A stretch of DNA of 64,000 bases from Basidiobolus meristosporus CBS 931.73. Lineage: Eukaryota > Fungi > Basidiobolomycota. Location of the stretch: contig MCFE01000168.1 of NCBI GenBank assembly GCA_002104905.1, forward strand, positions 62,001 through 126,000, written 5' to 3'. The position numbers were made by a program, and so were the translations under genes. The first letter of the stretch is position 1. Every line of letters begins with the position of its first letter. The notes under the pieces are model-generated. The model did not search any database. It was not told the DNA's origin and saw only the letters and a list, made by a program, of their open reading frames with translations. This document shows, piece after piece, positions 37,584 to 49,507 of the stretch.

Positions 37584-38907
37584 ATGGCCAGCATTAGGAA
37601 TACCTGTCTTTTACTTTGGACATCCCTTGTGATATTTGCATCTGGTCACACAGCCCAGATCAATGTCAACCTTCCCAGATCACTAAGCTCAAAGCCGAGC
37701 GTTTGCACGAGCACGCTCATTGCAAATGGGAACCTCATCGACACCAAGACCAAGAAATCCTGGCTGGCAGATATCCTAGTCAGAGACGGGCGTGTGGCGG
37801 CGATCAAAAAGGCTGGGTCAATCCCTAAACACCTTGCTTCCCAGGTGGTCGATGCCACAGGGCTATTCGTTACTCCTGGTCTAGTGGACCTTCATACCCA
37901 TATTTACTGGGGGGCCACATATTGGGGAATAGAGGCTGATCCTGTAGCTGCGCGAAGTGGGGTTACGACCTGGAATGACGCTGGTAGCAGTGGCGCATAT
38001 ACTTTTCCCGGACTACGTAAATTCGTAATCAACCAAACCCGTGCGAGGGCTTTCGTGTTCCTTAATATTGCCGCGCAAGGGTTGACCTCGCGCATCTTAC
38101 GAGTTGATCAAGGCCAGTGATGTGGCTGATGTGGAGCTGGCGCTATGGACAATTGGTAACAATACTGATGTTATCAAAGGAATCAAAGTGCGGATGGATT
38201 CCGATGCAACCTCCGGCTCAGGTTTAGAGGGGTTGAAGCGGGCTCGCCAGGTTGCTGACAAGACGAAGCTTCCCATCATGGTCCACATCGGTCATACTCC
38301 TCCTGTAATTGAAGATATCGCAGAATACCTCGGCAAAGGCGACATTTTGACCCATTGTTTCAATGGACATGAGAATCGTTTAATAGACAATAGCGGAAAA
38401 TTACGGCCAGTTGTCCATACGTTGAAGAGTAAAGGAGTCCATTTTGACATTGGCCATGGCGGCGGTAGCTTTGACTACACTGTGGCTGAAAAGATGATTG
38501 CTGACGGCTTCATGCCCGATTCGGTGAGCTCTGATTTACACCAGATCTCTACTCTCGGTAGTGCACAAGATCTCCCGACCGTTCTTTCCAAGTTACTCAA
38601 CCTCGGGATTCCTCTGGAAGAGCTTATCGCCAAGGCTACTTTGGTTCCAGCAAGAATCATTGGTCATCCCGAACTTGGCCGTCTACAGGTGGGTGGCCCG
38701 GCGGATATAGCCATTTTCCGTCTTGAGCATGGTCAATTTCATTTCACCGACAATGCGGGGAATAAACGCAATGGTACCATGAGAATTGTAAATACTCACA
38801 CATTCAGGGATGGCATACCCATGCCACACGTTGAGGCCGAGCCTGCTGCTTCCTGGGCGATTAGGGATGCTGGTGTGGTGTCTGGAGTGAAGCCTCCAAC
38901 TATGTAG
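37584..38907 (+). CDS. Bacterial-type metal-dependent amidohydrolase/deacetylase (COG3964, Atu3266/EF_0837-like) with signal peptide, split by a +1 frameshift (pseudogene, assembly error or recoding)
   Basis: TPGLVDLHTH, DAGSSGA, GIKVRM (carbamylated Lys), MVHIG, DILTHCF, FDIGHGGGSF and PDSVSSDLH motifs spread over two overlapping ORFs. No intron fits at the junction (38086-38120). Confidence 0.85.
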
Positions 38908-39083
38908 CCAACCCTCTCGATCTGATATCATCAATATACCCTAACCAAAAAGTGAATCTTCGTGGACAACTTTATGTAATTTCTGTTGTGCTGAATGAAC
39001 CTCCACACCTTAGTGTCATACATAAGAATGTCTATACACTAGTCTGTCAAAATAATAAACGTAAATATTACATGTGTACAATG

Positions 39084-39882
39084 CTAGAGGTAGCCTTTCC
39101 CGTGGCACACTGAACAAACAGATGGCGCCAGGGTGTTGGCTAGGCTAGATATGATGGAGAATTGATTGGGACGGTTTTGGCCTAAACCCGAACGGATTAG
39201 TTACTCGAATTCAGCAAAGTTTGGTGGTACTCTGTGTATCTCACTTACCCTGACACTTGTAGCATGGTCGGCCTTTAACAACATAAACGCCGGGCGCAAT
39301 CATGGTTCCTGGCTGGTTGGCAGCTGAGTTGATTAATTGTTGTCCATACGGACAGTGTGTGCAGAGCTTTCCTGGTCGTTTCCAACCGCGATTGTCACAG
39401 TAGCCACATACGAAGTTAGGATTGAACGGTCCAGTTGGTGGAACGATTGAGTAACTGCCGGGTCTTATCTGGTTGTATCCAGCTATAGGCTGTTGAGGGG
39501 CTGAGGGCCACTGCTGCGGATATTGCGGAAAAGGTATTGGTGGAATGCTGGGCTGTATGGCAGTGTTATGTGGAGGGTTGGCGAGGTAGCCGTTTGGCGT
39601 TATTGGCCTATATAGATTACTACCAGGGGAATAATAGGACGTAGTTGAGGTTGAAGGCCCCGGTTGGTAGTTTTGTTGAAAGGCTTGTGTTCGAGGAGGT
39701 TGAAACTGAGGGTTAGCTTGCGGGGATGCATTTCCGTATGGCGAGGGTGTGGCTAAATTTGGGCGCACACCTTGGTCTGCAATAATTTCATGCTGTTCAG
39801 GGAAACGTGTGTATGGCGGAGGTGGCTCAGAAGGTGTTGTTTCGTCATTCAGATCTTGGGAGAGTTGCTGGTTTGTATTCAT
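39084..39882 (-). CDS. Proline-rich protein with PPxY motif and C-terminal DnaJ-type zinc-finger repeats (Hua1-like), 2 exons
   Basis: PPPPYT. CGYCDNRGW, CTHC and CYKCQG, plus a spliced CSVCHGKGYL stop. Confidence 0.72.
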
Positions 39883-40211
39883 GACTTCAAGTTCATAATT
39901 TTTGGGATTCTGACTTTGTTATATCTGCGAAAGCATGCGTTGACTAATTAGGACAATGCCAAGCATGGCTTGTGTATCCACGTGATCCAAGGTCACGTGG
40001 ATCTATTGTTGGTGTAAATTGAATTCTCGAAGATCAAGGACTTTGGATTTAATATCGATTGTATCTACATACAGTACATTGGCCGTGTATGATGGGTGAA
40101 TGAGTATAATAGAGATAGGTTAAATGCCAAGTGAACAGTTGGAGAGAGGAGATATGCAAAAGAGAACAAAGAAGTGGTTGGTATAGTGAAATTCTATATG
40201 GGGCCAACTTG

Positions 40212-41895
40212 TTAGATCTGGCGAACCAACACCTGCATCTTTCTAAGAACAGCAACAAAAACGCCGGCGGCAAGGATCGTCGAGAACCCTGCTACCATGG
40301 AGAAGGCATATGGGTTGTCCTCATAGAAAGAGGTCAAATTCATACCAAAGAGACAGGCCACAAACGAACCTGCCCCCAATCCAAGTGTTCCCATGGTGAT
40401 TTTCAGTTCAAGTAAGAGTAGGTTGTTCCGCTGAGAATCGAGTATAATATTAACAATATCCTCGGTGGTTTTTGTATTAGCGCTGACTGCTGCGACTGTA
40501 TTCGCAATTTCCTCCACTTGCTTTAGGTAAGTCTCCAACAAAAGCTCCACATCGTCGCTTTGCGACGCTAGGTTCTGCAGGCCTTCTTTTTTGGCTGTCA
40601 AATACATGGCCTCCAGATCCTCATCTAAATCGCCGCTTATCAATACTCTGCACGAATGCTCCAGTAAACAGGCTGGGTACATACCTTGCTCTAGCACTTC
40701 TAAGATGGCATCTCTAATGTTCAAGGTACGCTGTTCAAATTTGGAAAGGCGCTTAGAGTACTGCAATAATTCTTTCAGCTTGTCTCTGTCGATGGACTCT
40801 TCTAGATACGAGAGTAGATTGGTGACCAAGCTAACAAGCACCTCCATCTCGCTTTGCAACGAGCTAACCACGCTAATCATTATCGCTTCCAGTGCCCTGA
40901 AAATAACCTGTCGTTAGCGCGATTCTCCTGAAAGTCCCGAATATAAAATACCTGAATTCGAAGGCGAGTTGGTGATCTTTATTGCTCTGCGCGCTTAGTC
41001 GTTCCTGCAGGTCGTAGATGAAAATCGATTGATTGTAACTATCGCTGGATCCATATGAATCGAACAACACGACTGCATCCGCTTTGATCAACGCTCTGAT
41101 GTGAGCAAGGTGAACCAGAATGGCCTCTTTGCGCACCAAGATGGCTGGCATTTGATTCACGAAATTACTATCGATCTTGAAAACGTACAGGCCGATACTT
41201 CATTAGAATCTTTCACGCTTGCATCATTCCATGTGACATGATCTTTACCTTTCTAAGGTCACGCGCCTTTGAATTGAAACCAAGCAAGAAATCGCGTATA
41301 TAAGTATGCAGACAAGAAAAGGAGAGACTGGATGGCCGGACACTATACCTGTAGTCCATGCTGTTTTGGATTGTGAGAAAACATCCGGGTTTAGTAGGGG
41401 AGTCGAGGGGACGCTCACGAAAACGAACATCGTACCTGAGTACACAATTCGAGCTTTGAAAATTCACCAGCTGTGATTTTTACGTTTCCTCTATGGTCAA
41501 ATTCTGTACCTTGAATATGGTGTGAACAAAAGAATCTTTAAGAAAGCCGGTATTCGAGTCACTATACATTTCAGCTTCAGCTCGTTAGCCTGGTTACTGG
41601 CAGGGGTAGGTATAGGTCTAACTGGGAGGTTTCGTCTATATGTCGTTTTAGCAGAAAAGAAGGAGGTGTCGGGGCGGGAGTAATTGGCCGTGCGTTGCTT
41701 TTGTGCTTGCAAGATGCGTCCGAGCATCGTTTGCGGTCTTTTGGAACGATCGGCAGAGAAGAAGGAGCGAGATGCTGCACACGAGGTTCTAGCAGAAAGG
41801 AATACCGTTTGTGCACTGGCTGGCCCATATCGGCCCATAGGCTTTGCCCAGCATGTAACTTGACTAGTGAAAGTAGTCCGTAGGACTTTAAACAT
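40212..41895 (-). CDS. MRS2: Mitochondrial Mg2+ transporter Mrs2/Lpe10 (CorA family), multi-exon
   Basis: ILVRKEAILVHLAHIRALIKAD, ELLLETYLKQ, ILDSQRNNLL and GMN motif (LFGMNL) followed by a TM helix. Presequence. Confidence 0.92.
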
Positions 41896-42415
41896 GAAGC
41901 TTACTTTGAGGAATAAGGCAGGCCAGTTGGTAAAAGAAGATATGTGGGAGTATTAGGATGTGTCCTCTGAAAGTATGTACAGAGAATCACTGAGTGTGCT
42001 GTCCAAAACAAGTCCGTACAAAGTAAACTCTCGTCCAAAATAATATATAGCCAAATGTTAGCCGTCTTCACAATCCGATTTGTAGCTTTGGACCAGAAGA
42101 TAAGTTTTTTCGGACGATTTTTTTGTTCAACCTTCTGCGGATTAATCAAACCTTAGGGAAACTAGTCATAAATATTGCTCATCAATTTGCGGGTCCACAT
42201 ACTCGTATTCAGCTGGAGGGAGTACACGTTTGCCGAAAACCAATGTATTCTCGAATAGATGTCACGTTACTCACCTTGATTTGGAATTCCGATAACCTCG
42301 AGCTCTCGGATGATGAATACCAAATGGCTGTCAAGCTCCGCGACAGGTACTTTAAATACCAAGGTGTCATACTCATAAAATCTAATCTTGTTCAGCATTG
42401 GATAAGCTCCCCATA

Positions 42416-45231
42416 ATGGCCTATCTACCGAAACGTTTTCTTCCCCATCAGATATTTGCTGCAAACACCGACGTTGGGAAAACCATTTTCTCCACTGCCT
42501 TATGTCGCGGTGTTGCTGCAAGATATCCCAACAGTTCTATCTACTATCTCAAACCAGTTCAAACTGGTTACCCTGTAGATAGCGACGCCAGGTACAGATA
42601 TAGGAATACTAGCGCTATGACTGCCCACCTTAACCCTTCAGTGTTCGTTGTTCAATGAATCCAGGCACGCCAAGAAATTCTGCCCTAGAATCACTGCTGC
42701 AGACACACTGTACACTTATAAGGATCCCGTCAGCCCGCATATAGCGACTACTACTGTGAGTCTTCTTTATATATCTGTATTCCTAGGCTTTATGCTCGCA
42801 TTGGCTTATCCGCTTTTGCTTGAATGAAAATACAGCCCCCTTCGGATGTTAGTGTGCTACAATCCGTTCGTACCAAAATCGAAGAATATGCGAAAGAGAG
42901 CAAGGGAAAAGACGCTTTCATGTTCCTTGAAACCGCTGGAGGTACAGAATAGCAAAATCTTTTTTGTGTGTAAGAGCAACTGATTTGACCTCGTATTTGT
43001 AGGAGTAAACAGCCCCGTCATGTCAGGTTGAGTAATACACAATATCAATTGAAGTCAGACTTCACGGACTGACCCATTTCTATTGTAACTCTTGTTCTGA
43101 ATACTAGGAACGTTACAATGCAATTTCTATCGTCCATTACGGCTTCCTACCCTACTTGTCGCCGATTCGAAACTTGGCGGCATTTCTACTACCTTATCTT
43201 CCTTCGAATCGCTACACGTCCGTGGATATGACGTGAACACTGTATTGTTATTTGAGGATGACAGCTGGAAGAACAATGAATTTTTGGCCAAGCAATTACC
43301 GGAAGATATTCGGGTGTTTTCAATCCCCTCCCCTCCGGCTCGTCAGCCCAACAGAGATGATACCATGGAGATGAGCCAGTACTACGCTCAGATAGACGAG
43401 GTCTTCAAGAATGTTGCAGAGCATCTAAAGGATAGAAGCGATGAGAGAATCACGCGATTGATGGAGATGGAGGCCAAAACAAAGGATGTGATCTGGTGGC
43501 CTTTTACTCAACACCACAACGTGAAGAATGTTACAGTTATCGATTCTGCTTGCGGTGATATGATGGTCACACTAGACCCTAAAGCCAAGGACTCCAAGGA
43601 GGACTCTAATCTGTTTAATGAGAAGTTTGATGGGTGTGCCAGCTGGTGGACTCAAGGTCTTGGACATGGATCCCCTTCTTTGAGCATGGCTACTGCGCAT
43701 GCTGCCGGTAGATATGGCCACGTTATAGCTCCCGAATGTACTAATGAGCTGTCGCTCTCATTGGCCGAGAAGCTAGTTGGTACAGTTGGTAAGGGTTGGG
43801 CTCAGCGCGTGTACTATTCGGACAATGGAAGCACTGCAACTGAAATTGCACTGAAGATGGCGCTTAGACACACCGCCAATAAGCATCAGCTATCCAGTAG
43901 CGCCGAGAAGAGTGAGGACATCGAGATCATTGGATTAAAGGGAAGCTATCATGGAGACACCATAGGTGCCATGGATGCATGTGATCCCAATGTTTACAAC
44001 GGCACCATTCATTGGTAAGAGTCTGTATGCGGCATTTATCCAGCAGTCCGTTCTTTTCTAAATTGGCAATCAGGTACCAACCTAGAGGCTTCTGGTTTGA
44101 TCCACCCACCGTGTCCATGAAAAATGGTGTCTACAACATCCATGTCCCTGAGTCATTCAAGTGCAGCTCTGTTGGTGAGACTAATTTCTCCTCTTTGAGC
44201 GGAGTATTTGGTGATCGCTCCAAAAGCGCACTGGCTGATTTCTATCGATCATATATCGATAAGACCCTAGATGGTCTCATCAAACAAGGAAGACGCTTCG
44301 GTGCCTTGATGATGGAGCCAATACTGATGGGCGCTGGGGGTATGATCTTTGTAGATCCTCTGTTCCAGAAATCTCTGGTCGAGGCGGCGAGAGATCTACG
44401 ATACACGGACACCAGCGACAAAGGTATTCCGGTGATTCTTGACGAAGTGTTCACTGGGTTCTGGCGTCTTGGAAGAAGAAGCGCAGCAGAGATTCTGGGC
44501 GTGGTAAGGATTTTTTGCAGAGTGCATGCCACCGCACCCGACTAAAACTATCTTCCCCTACAGAAACCCGATATTGCCGCGTACGCAAAGCTCTTAACTG
44601 GAGGCCTTGTTCCTCTTGCGGTGACCTTGACTAGCGAAGAGATATTCAAATCATTCTACTCTCCCAACAAGCATGAAGCATTATTGCATGGGCACTCATA
44701 CACTGCGCATCCAATTGGCTGCTCAGTTGCTCTCCAATCCATTAAGGAATACGAACAGAAGTACACCTCGCAATTAACCCTTCCCTCACATACATTGAAT
44801 GAGCTTTCAGACAGGGATTGGTACATCTGGAATCCTGAGGTGAGCCCATCTTTTCTTACCAATGCTAGTAATGATACTTATCACCATTCTTATGTAGACT
44901 GTGAAGCATATCTCACATTTACCCAATGTGCAAGGGGTTGTTTCACTGGGTACTGTTTTGGCCATTGAACTGAAGGATACTGAGGGAGCAGGTACATATT
45001 ATTGATCAATGTGCGCAGGAGAGGCGATTCCTCTAATAACCAATGTCCACTGTAGGCTACACATCCAACGTATCCAAAGAGTTTATCCAACACATCCGCA
45101 ACATCGATGACTCAATTCAGGTGTTCGCCCGACCCCTGGGCAATGTTGTGTATGTAATGGGCTCAATTGTTACCACACCCGAGCAGGTTAAGCAGCTGGA
45201 GAACACGATCTTGAGTGCATTGAAGCTCTAG
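42416..45231 (+). CDS. BIO3-BIO1: Bifunctional dethiobiotin synthetase / 7,8-diaminopelargonic acid aminotransferase, multi-exon
   Basis: IFAANTDVGKT and YLKPVQTG (BioD), LETAGGVNSP, WWPFTQH, FDGCASWWTQGLGH, YSDNGST, YHGDTIGAM, ILDEVFTGFWRLG and the PLP lysine in PDIAAYAKLLTGG (BioA). Confidence 0.96.
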
Positions 45232-46290
45232 GCCAGACTTCGCTCCGTATGCGCATCTAGAAAATGCACCCATATATACCAGAGCTTTTACCATTAATGA
45301 TTGCATTGCATTTGTCATTTGAATAAACACATCTCATCAGGGGAGATGAGAATCCAACCAGTAATGTTAAACTTGCGTAGGGTAGGGTGGAGGATTCAAC
45401 TTTATCAAGATGACCATCTAAAGGCTGATTTGTCACGTAAATAATAATGGCCCATTGTCGAAGCCATCATAACAAGTTAGGAAACAATGTAAAGCGTGCT
45501 CTAACCGATTGTGATACCTACAGCTACTCCCCATGGCACGACAATTTAAGCTCATTTGTGATCAAACATGAGGTTTTAGCTATTTACCAAAATAGGCGAG
45601 GCAGCTGGCTTGACAACCCGTATATGGGAGTATTAATGCGATTGCTATGTAGCCCTTTATCACCCCTGCTCCTCGAATTTATTGGTTGGGCAGTGTTGTT
45701 AGCGGTGCATGTAGTTCATGAGCATTTAGTCTCCGACTAGTCTGAAAACTGCTGTTTCTGAAATGTACCTGAGCTAGTTGTGCCTTCAACCCAGACAGTC
45801 GACCGAACATTGGTAATGTTGGAAATGCAACCTTGGTTCAATATCCCCGACCTAAAATCCATATATTGAGTTCCATCTATGGAGAATTTCCAGTATTTTT
45901 TTGGCAATAATGTGGGAGCACGGCGGATCACCATAATACAGCCAACCAAGGTGATTGGCCTACACACTCTGCCACAATCAACCTGACAATATATCCATAT
46001 CTATTGATCCCATTGACTATGGGCATGCTGGGATCCTAATGAACTCAAGATAATTAAGGAAAACCCCAATTTAGGAAGTAGCCCATTGCTTCTAACCTTT
46101 ATCTCGCTTGCTTTTGTTCTCCACCATTGTTAACGGCTTGTACACCAAGTATTCCTTGCCTTATTCCCCACTCTTTCTTACTCTTCTTTCACCCTTGGTT
46201 GAAGCCTTCACTTCTTCACTATTGTTAGTCTTCCCTGTGTTTCACACACCACTGGTTTCGGTGTACTGATATCACGCTCTCGTTGTTAAA

Positions 46291-47815
46291 ATGAAGTACT
46301 CTAATTCTCTAACTGACCGTTGGGTAATTGAGAAGGAGTGAACCTTTGCCAAAGCGAATCTAAACTTTTCTCTCTCTAGCTCGGTACTTCGAAGTATGTT
46401 CGTTACTCCATGATGTCCTCGTTGCTCCAAGCTGTTGTTGTGTCGATATTGGAATTCATAGTATACATCCTTCACGAGCGGCAACTCAAATTATACAAAG
46501 CAGAAGAGGTCCTACCTAACGACAAAGCACTAAGCGTCTACTACATATTATTCATTATCTCGCAAATATTTCAGTTGATCCTCTGCTTGGATGCCGTGAG
46601 TATTACTTACTTTCAACCGACTACAATTTACAACTAATGGCTAACGTTGGTTTCCTAGACGTATAACAAGAACACTATTCAAGTAATAGCCTTGGCAGTC
46701 TTCAATTTCCTATCATTGGGTTACTCGATCATACAACATATTCAAGCGCAGAATATCATCAACAGTGCGGAGTTCAAACAGAATTGGATTGGAAGCTACA
46801 GCAATACGTCGCGCAATCTAGAATTCGCCATCATTGCCCTGATGCTCTTGTTCTCCTTGAGCTTTGCTTATCAAGCATACCAACTCTATCAAGAATACGG
46901 TTGGAGCATATACAAGAAAATCGGGGCTGATTTACGCATGAGATGTTAGTAGTTGTATCATCGACATGTCCAACTCCACTTTGATATTGACCCATTGTCT
47001 ATAGCCATGTACAAAGTATACCAGATTCTACTTATGCTTTTAAAAGTGGACGTGTTTTTCCTGCTTGGCTTCTCTATTCAGTACCTCGTCCTTGTAATAA
47101 CCGAGTCATCGATGAGTGAACTGATTGTCCATGTGACCGTTTCTCTAGGCGGTACTGTCTCCATGATGATCCTGTCTTTTTGGGCGGTACGTATTTACTT
47201 CGACAGCTACTTGATAGTCAGTATTTCTAACCTGAGCAACCCAGCTGCGCGCCGAAAATCGACTTGGAATCATTTCGTTCATGTTAGCCTGTTTGATGAC
47301 CATTGGATATCTAGTTTACAAACTAGTGATTATGTACACTGTCGAGGGCTATAGAGTCAGAGACTCTCCCAAGGAAATCTGCAAAAACCCTCCAAACAAC
47401 CCTTTCCCTCCAGAGTGTGATCGGTTCGCCGGATCTCGCTATTTCTTAACCTTCTTTGGTAATTCAAGTGCTTTTTGGCTCCAGAGATCCCTGAACTAAC
47501 CCGATGCAAATCATTTGTAGTTGTCGTATGCCTTTTGCTTCTGTTTGTATGTGGATCTGTATTTGCCTAATGTACTCACCTACTAACCGTATTCTGCACA
47601 ATAGGCCACCATAGTAGAAACATACAAAGCACTCCGTAACTTCGGGCAAGGCCTCAAACAACATAGTAAGTATTCATGATGTTGAATGATTCAGCATGTG
47701 AACCGGTTTCTTATCATCAATACCACTTTCCCTAGTTAATCGCACTGCCGTCAACTGGAACGGAGCAGTCAACCTGGAGAGCCCCGAAGCCCAGAAAAGA
47801 TGGTCGATAGATTAA
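46291..47815 (+). CDS. Conserved fungal multi-pass membrane protein (UPF0658-like), multi-exon
   Basis: Several hydrophobic helices with NTIQVIALAVFN, YGWSIYKKIGADLRMR and LLKVDVFFLLGFSIQYL. Start and stop come from manual splicing. Confidence 0.72.
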
Positions 47816-48834
47816 CGGATAAATAATGGATCCCCACTCATATGGCGGCGATGGGATTTTTCGCTTCACAAGCTGCGTTCTAAACACCCCCATGCTTTCC
47901 TGATGAACCGCTTTGTACATTTACTTCCAGATCTTTGAGAAGCGTAATATCTCTTCTGTCTCCCCCCCCATTCCACCTTTTTCTCGACAGATGATAAAAC
48001 CGAATTCGTCTTTTTTGATTGACCACCTTCCTTCAATGCATCGTATTTATTTCGATCGTGCACCGCAATATCTCTCCATTCAAACCCATAACCCCCCCCC
48101 CCAGGATACGGATCCGTCTATTCGTTGATGATAAAGCGAACCTGTCACAGTACATCTCAACGTGGAATTCCATCCCTTCGTAAACACCTAGAAACATCCC
48201 ATACTCATGACCCTTTCATAGCTTCTACCTAAATCACTTGCAAACCCTACACATTTCAATGAAGAATTTTGCCAGAATTCACGCATGTGACAAATTTAGC
48301 CGAGAAACCTTTGGGGAACCAACCGGGAATGCAGAGTGGCTTATGAGCTGTGTAATGTGTACGATTGCATTTATCCAACTTATTCTCGGTTTGACAAATA
48401 GACCTGTGTGATAGGTGCGGGAGCAGTAGGTTGAGTGAGCCGGAGTCAATCATTTGACCGATGTATGTTCGTGATACGACATTCTCATCTCATCTGAACA
48501 TATCAGATTCATGGAATAGGTTGTACTCATAGTGCCAGTCTTCGCATCCCTAGCCAATATTAAGGATTTGACGTCCACCTTCATCAATCAACCTGGCAGA
48601 GGGAAATCCGGATTCCTGGTGGAGGAGGTATTCCCGAATGTCTCGAATGGAACTGGTCATCCAGCACGCACGAAGTTGGGTTAATTTAAACAACCTGGAG
48701 CCCCGATCCGGCCTAAATCACAAACATACGGATTCCGTTTCAGAGGAAAAAAAACGCGTATCTCGCCGATGTAGAAAAATGATTTTCTTGCGTAAAGACA
48801 GCTCCCACAGCTCTTGTAGAGTAGTTTACCAAAA

Positions 48835-49212
48835 ATGAGCAAAGCCCCCATTCCCGAATTAAAGAAGTAAGTCGCGGTGAACGTTTCGACGTTTCGGAGG
48901 ACATGAGGGACCTTTTGGATCTGCGAACTAACCTCACTTCTCCCCTAGATACATGGATAAACATCTGTTCATCCAACTCAATGGCTCACGCAAGGTCACC
49001 GGAGTGCTTCGTGGTTTCGATCCCTTCATGAACATCGTGCTCGATGATGCTGTTGAGGAAGTTTCCTCCACCGAAAAACACAACATCGGAATGGTGGTAG
49101 GTGTTTTCTACCTGTTGATCAAGATTTTGAGGGCGTTGTTTTACTGAGGTTTTCTCTTTAGGTGATTCGTGGCAATAGCGTCGTGATGCTGGAGGCGCTT
49201 GAACGAATCTAG
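48835..49212 (+). CDS. SNRPG: Small nuclear ribonucleoprotein G (SmG), 3 exons
   Basis: Spliced [47 protein letters not shown]...IGMVVIRGNSVVMLEALERI. Confidence 0.97.
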
Positions 49213-49507
49213 CGGGTTTTTCTCAATTCATATGTCACCTTTGGTGTCGTGTACATCTGTATGAAATAAAAAAGGACCTGAGCGAAACGCCGTGTAGAAC
49301 TGACCCTGACATTGTTCCCTTCATGTTTTGACTTCTGAATGAGTGGATCTGGAGTATCAATGTTTATTAAAGTATCATTAGACCTGTCCCTGCTCACAAG
49401 AAACCTGGCCGCGAAAACAAAACCGGGGCCTATATCAAACAGGTGGGCATAAATGCAGGGAGTATGTGTGGAATGTAGAGTGGGGGATAATAGGGTCATT
49501 ACAGTGT

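Noticed and set aside
45447-46050. Protein-like short frames between BIO3-BIO1 and the UPF0658-like gene
   Set aside because: Competing frames look equally plausible and none is identifiable or spliceable.
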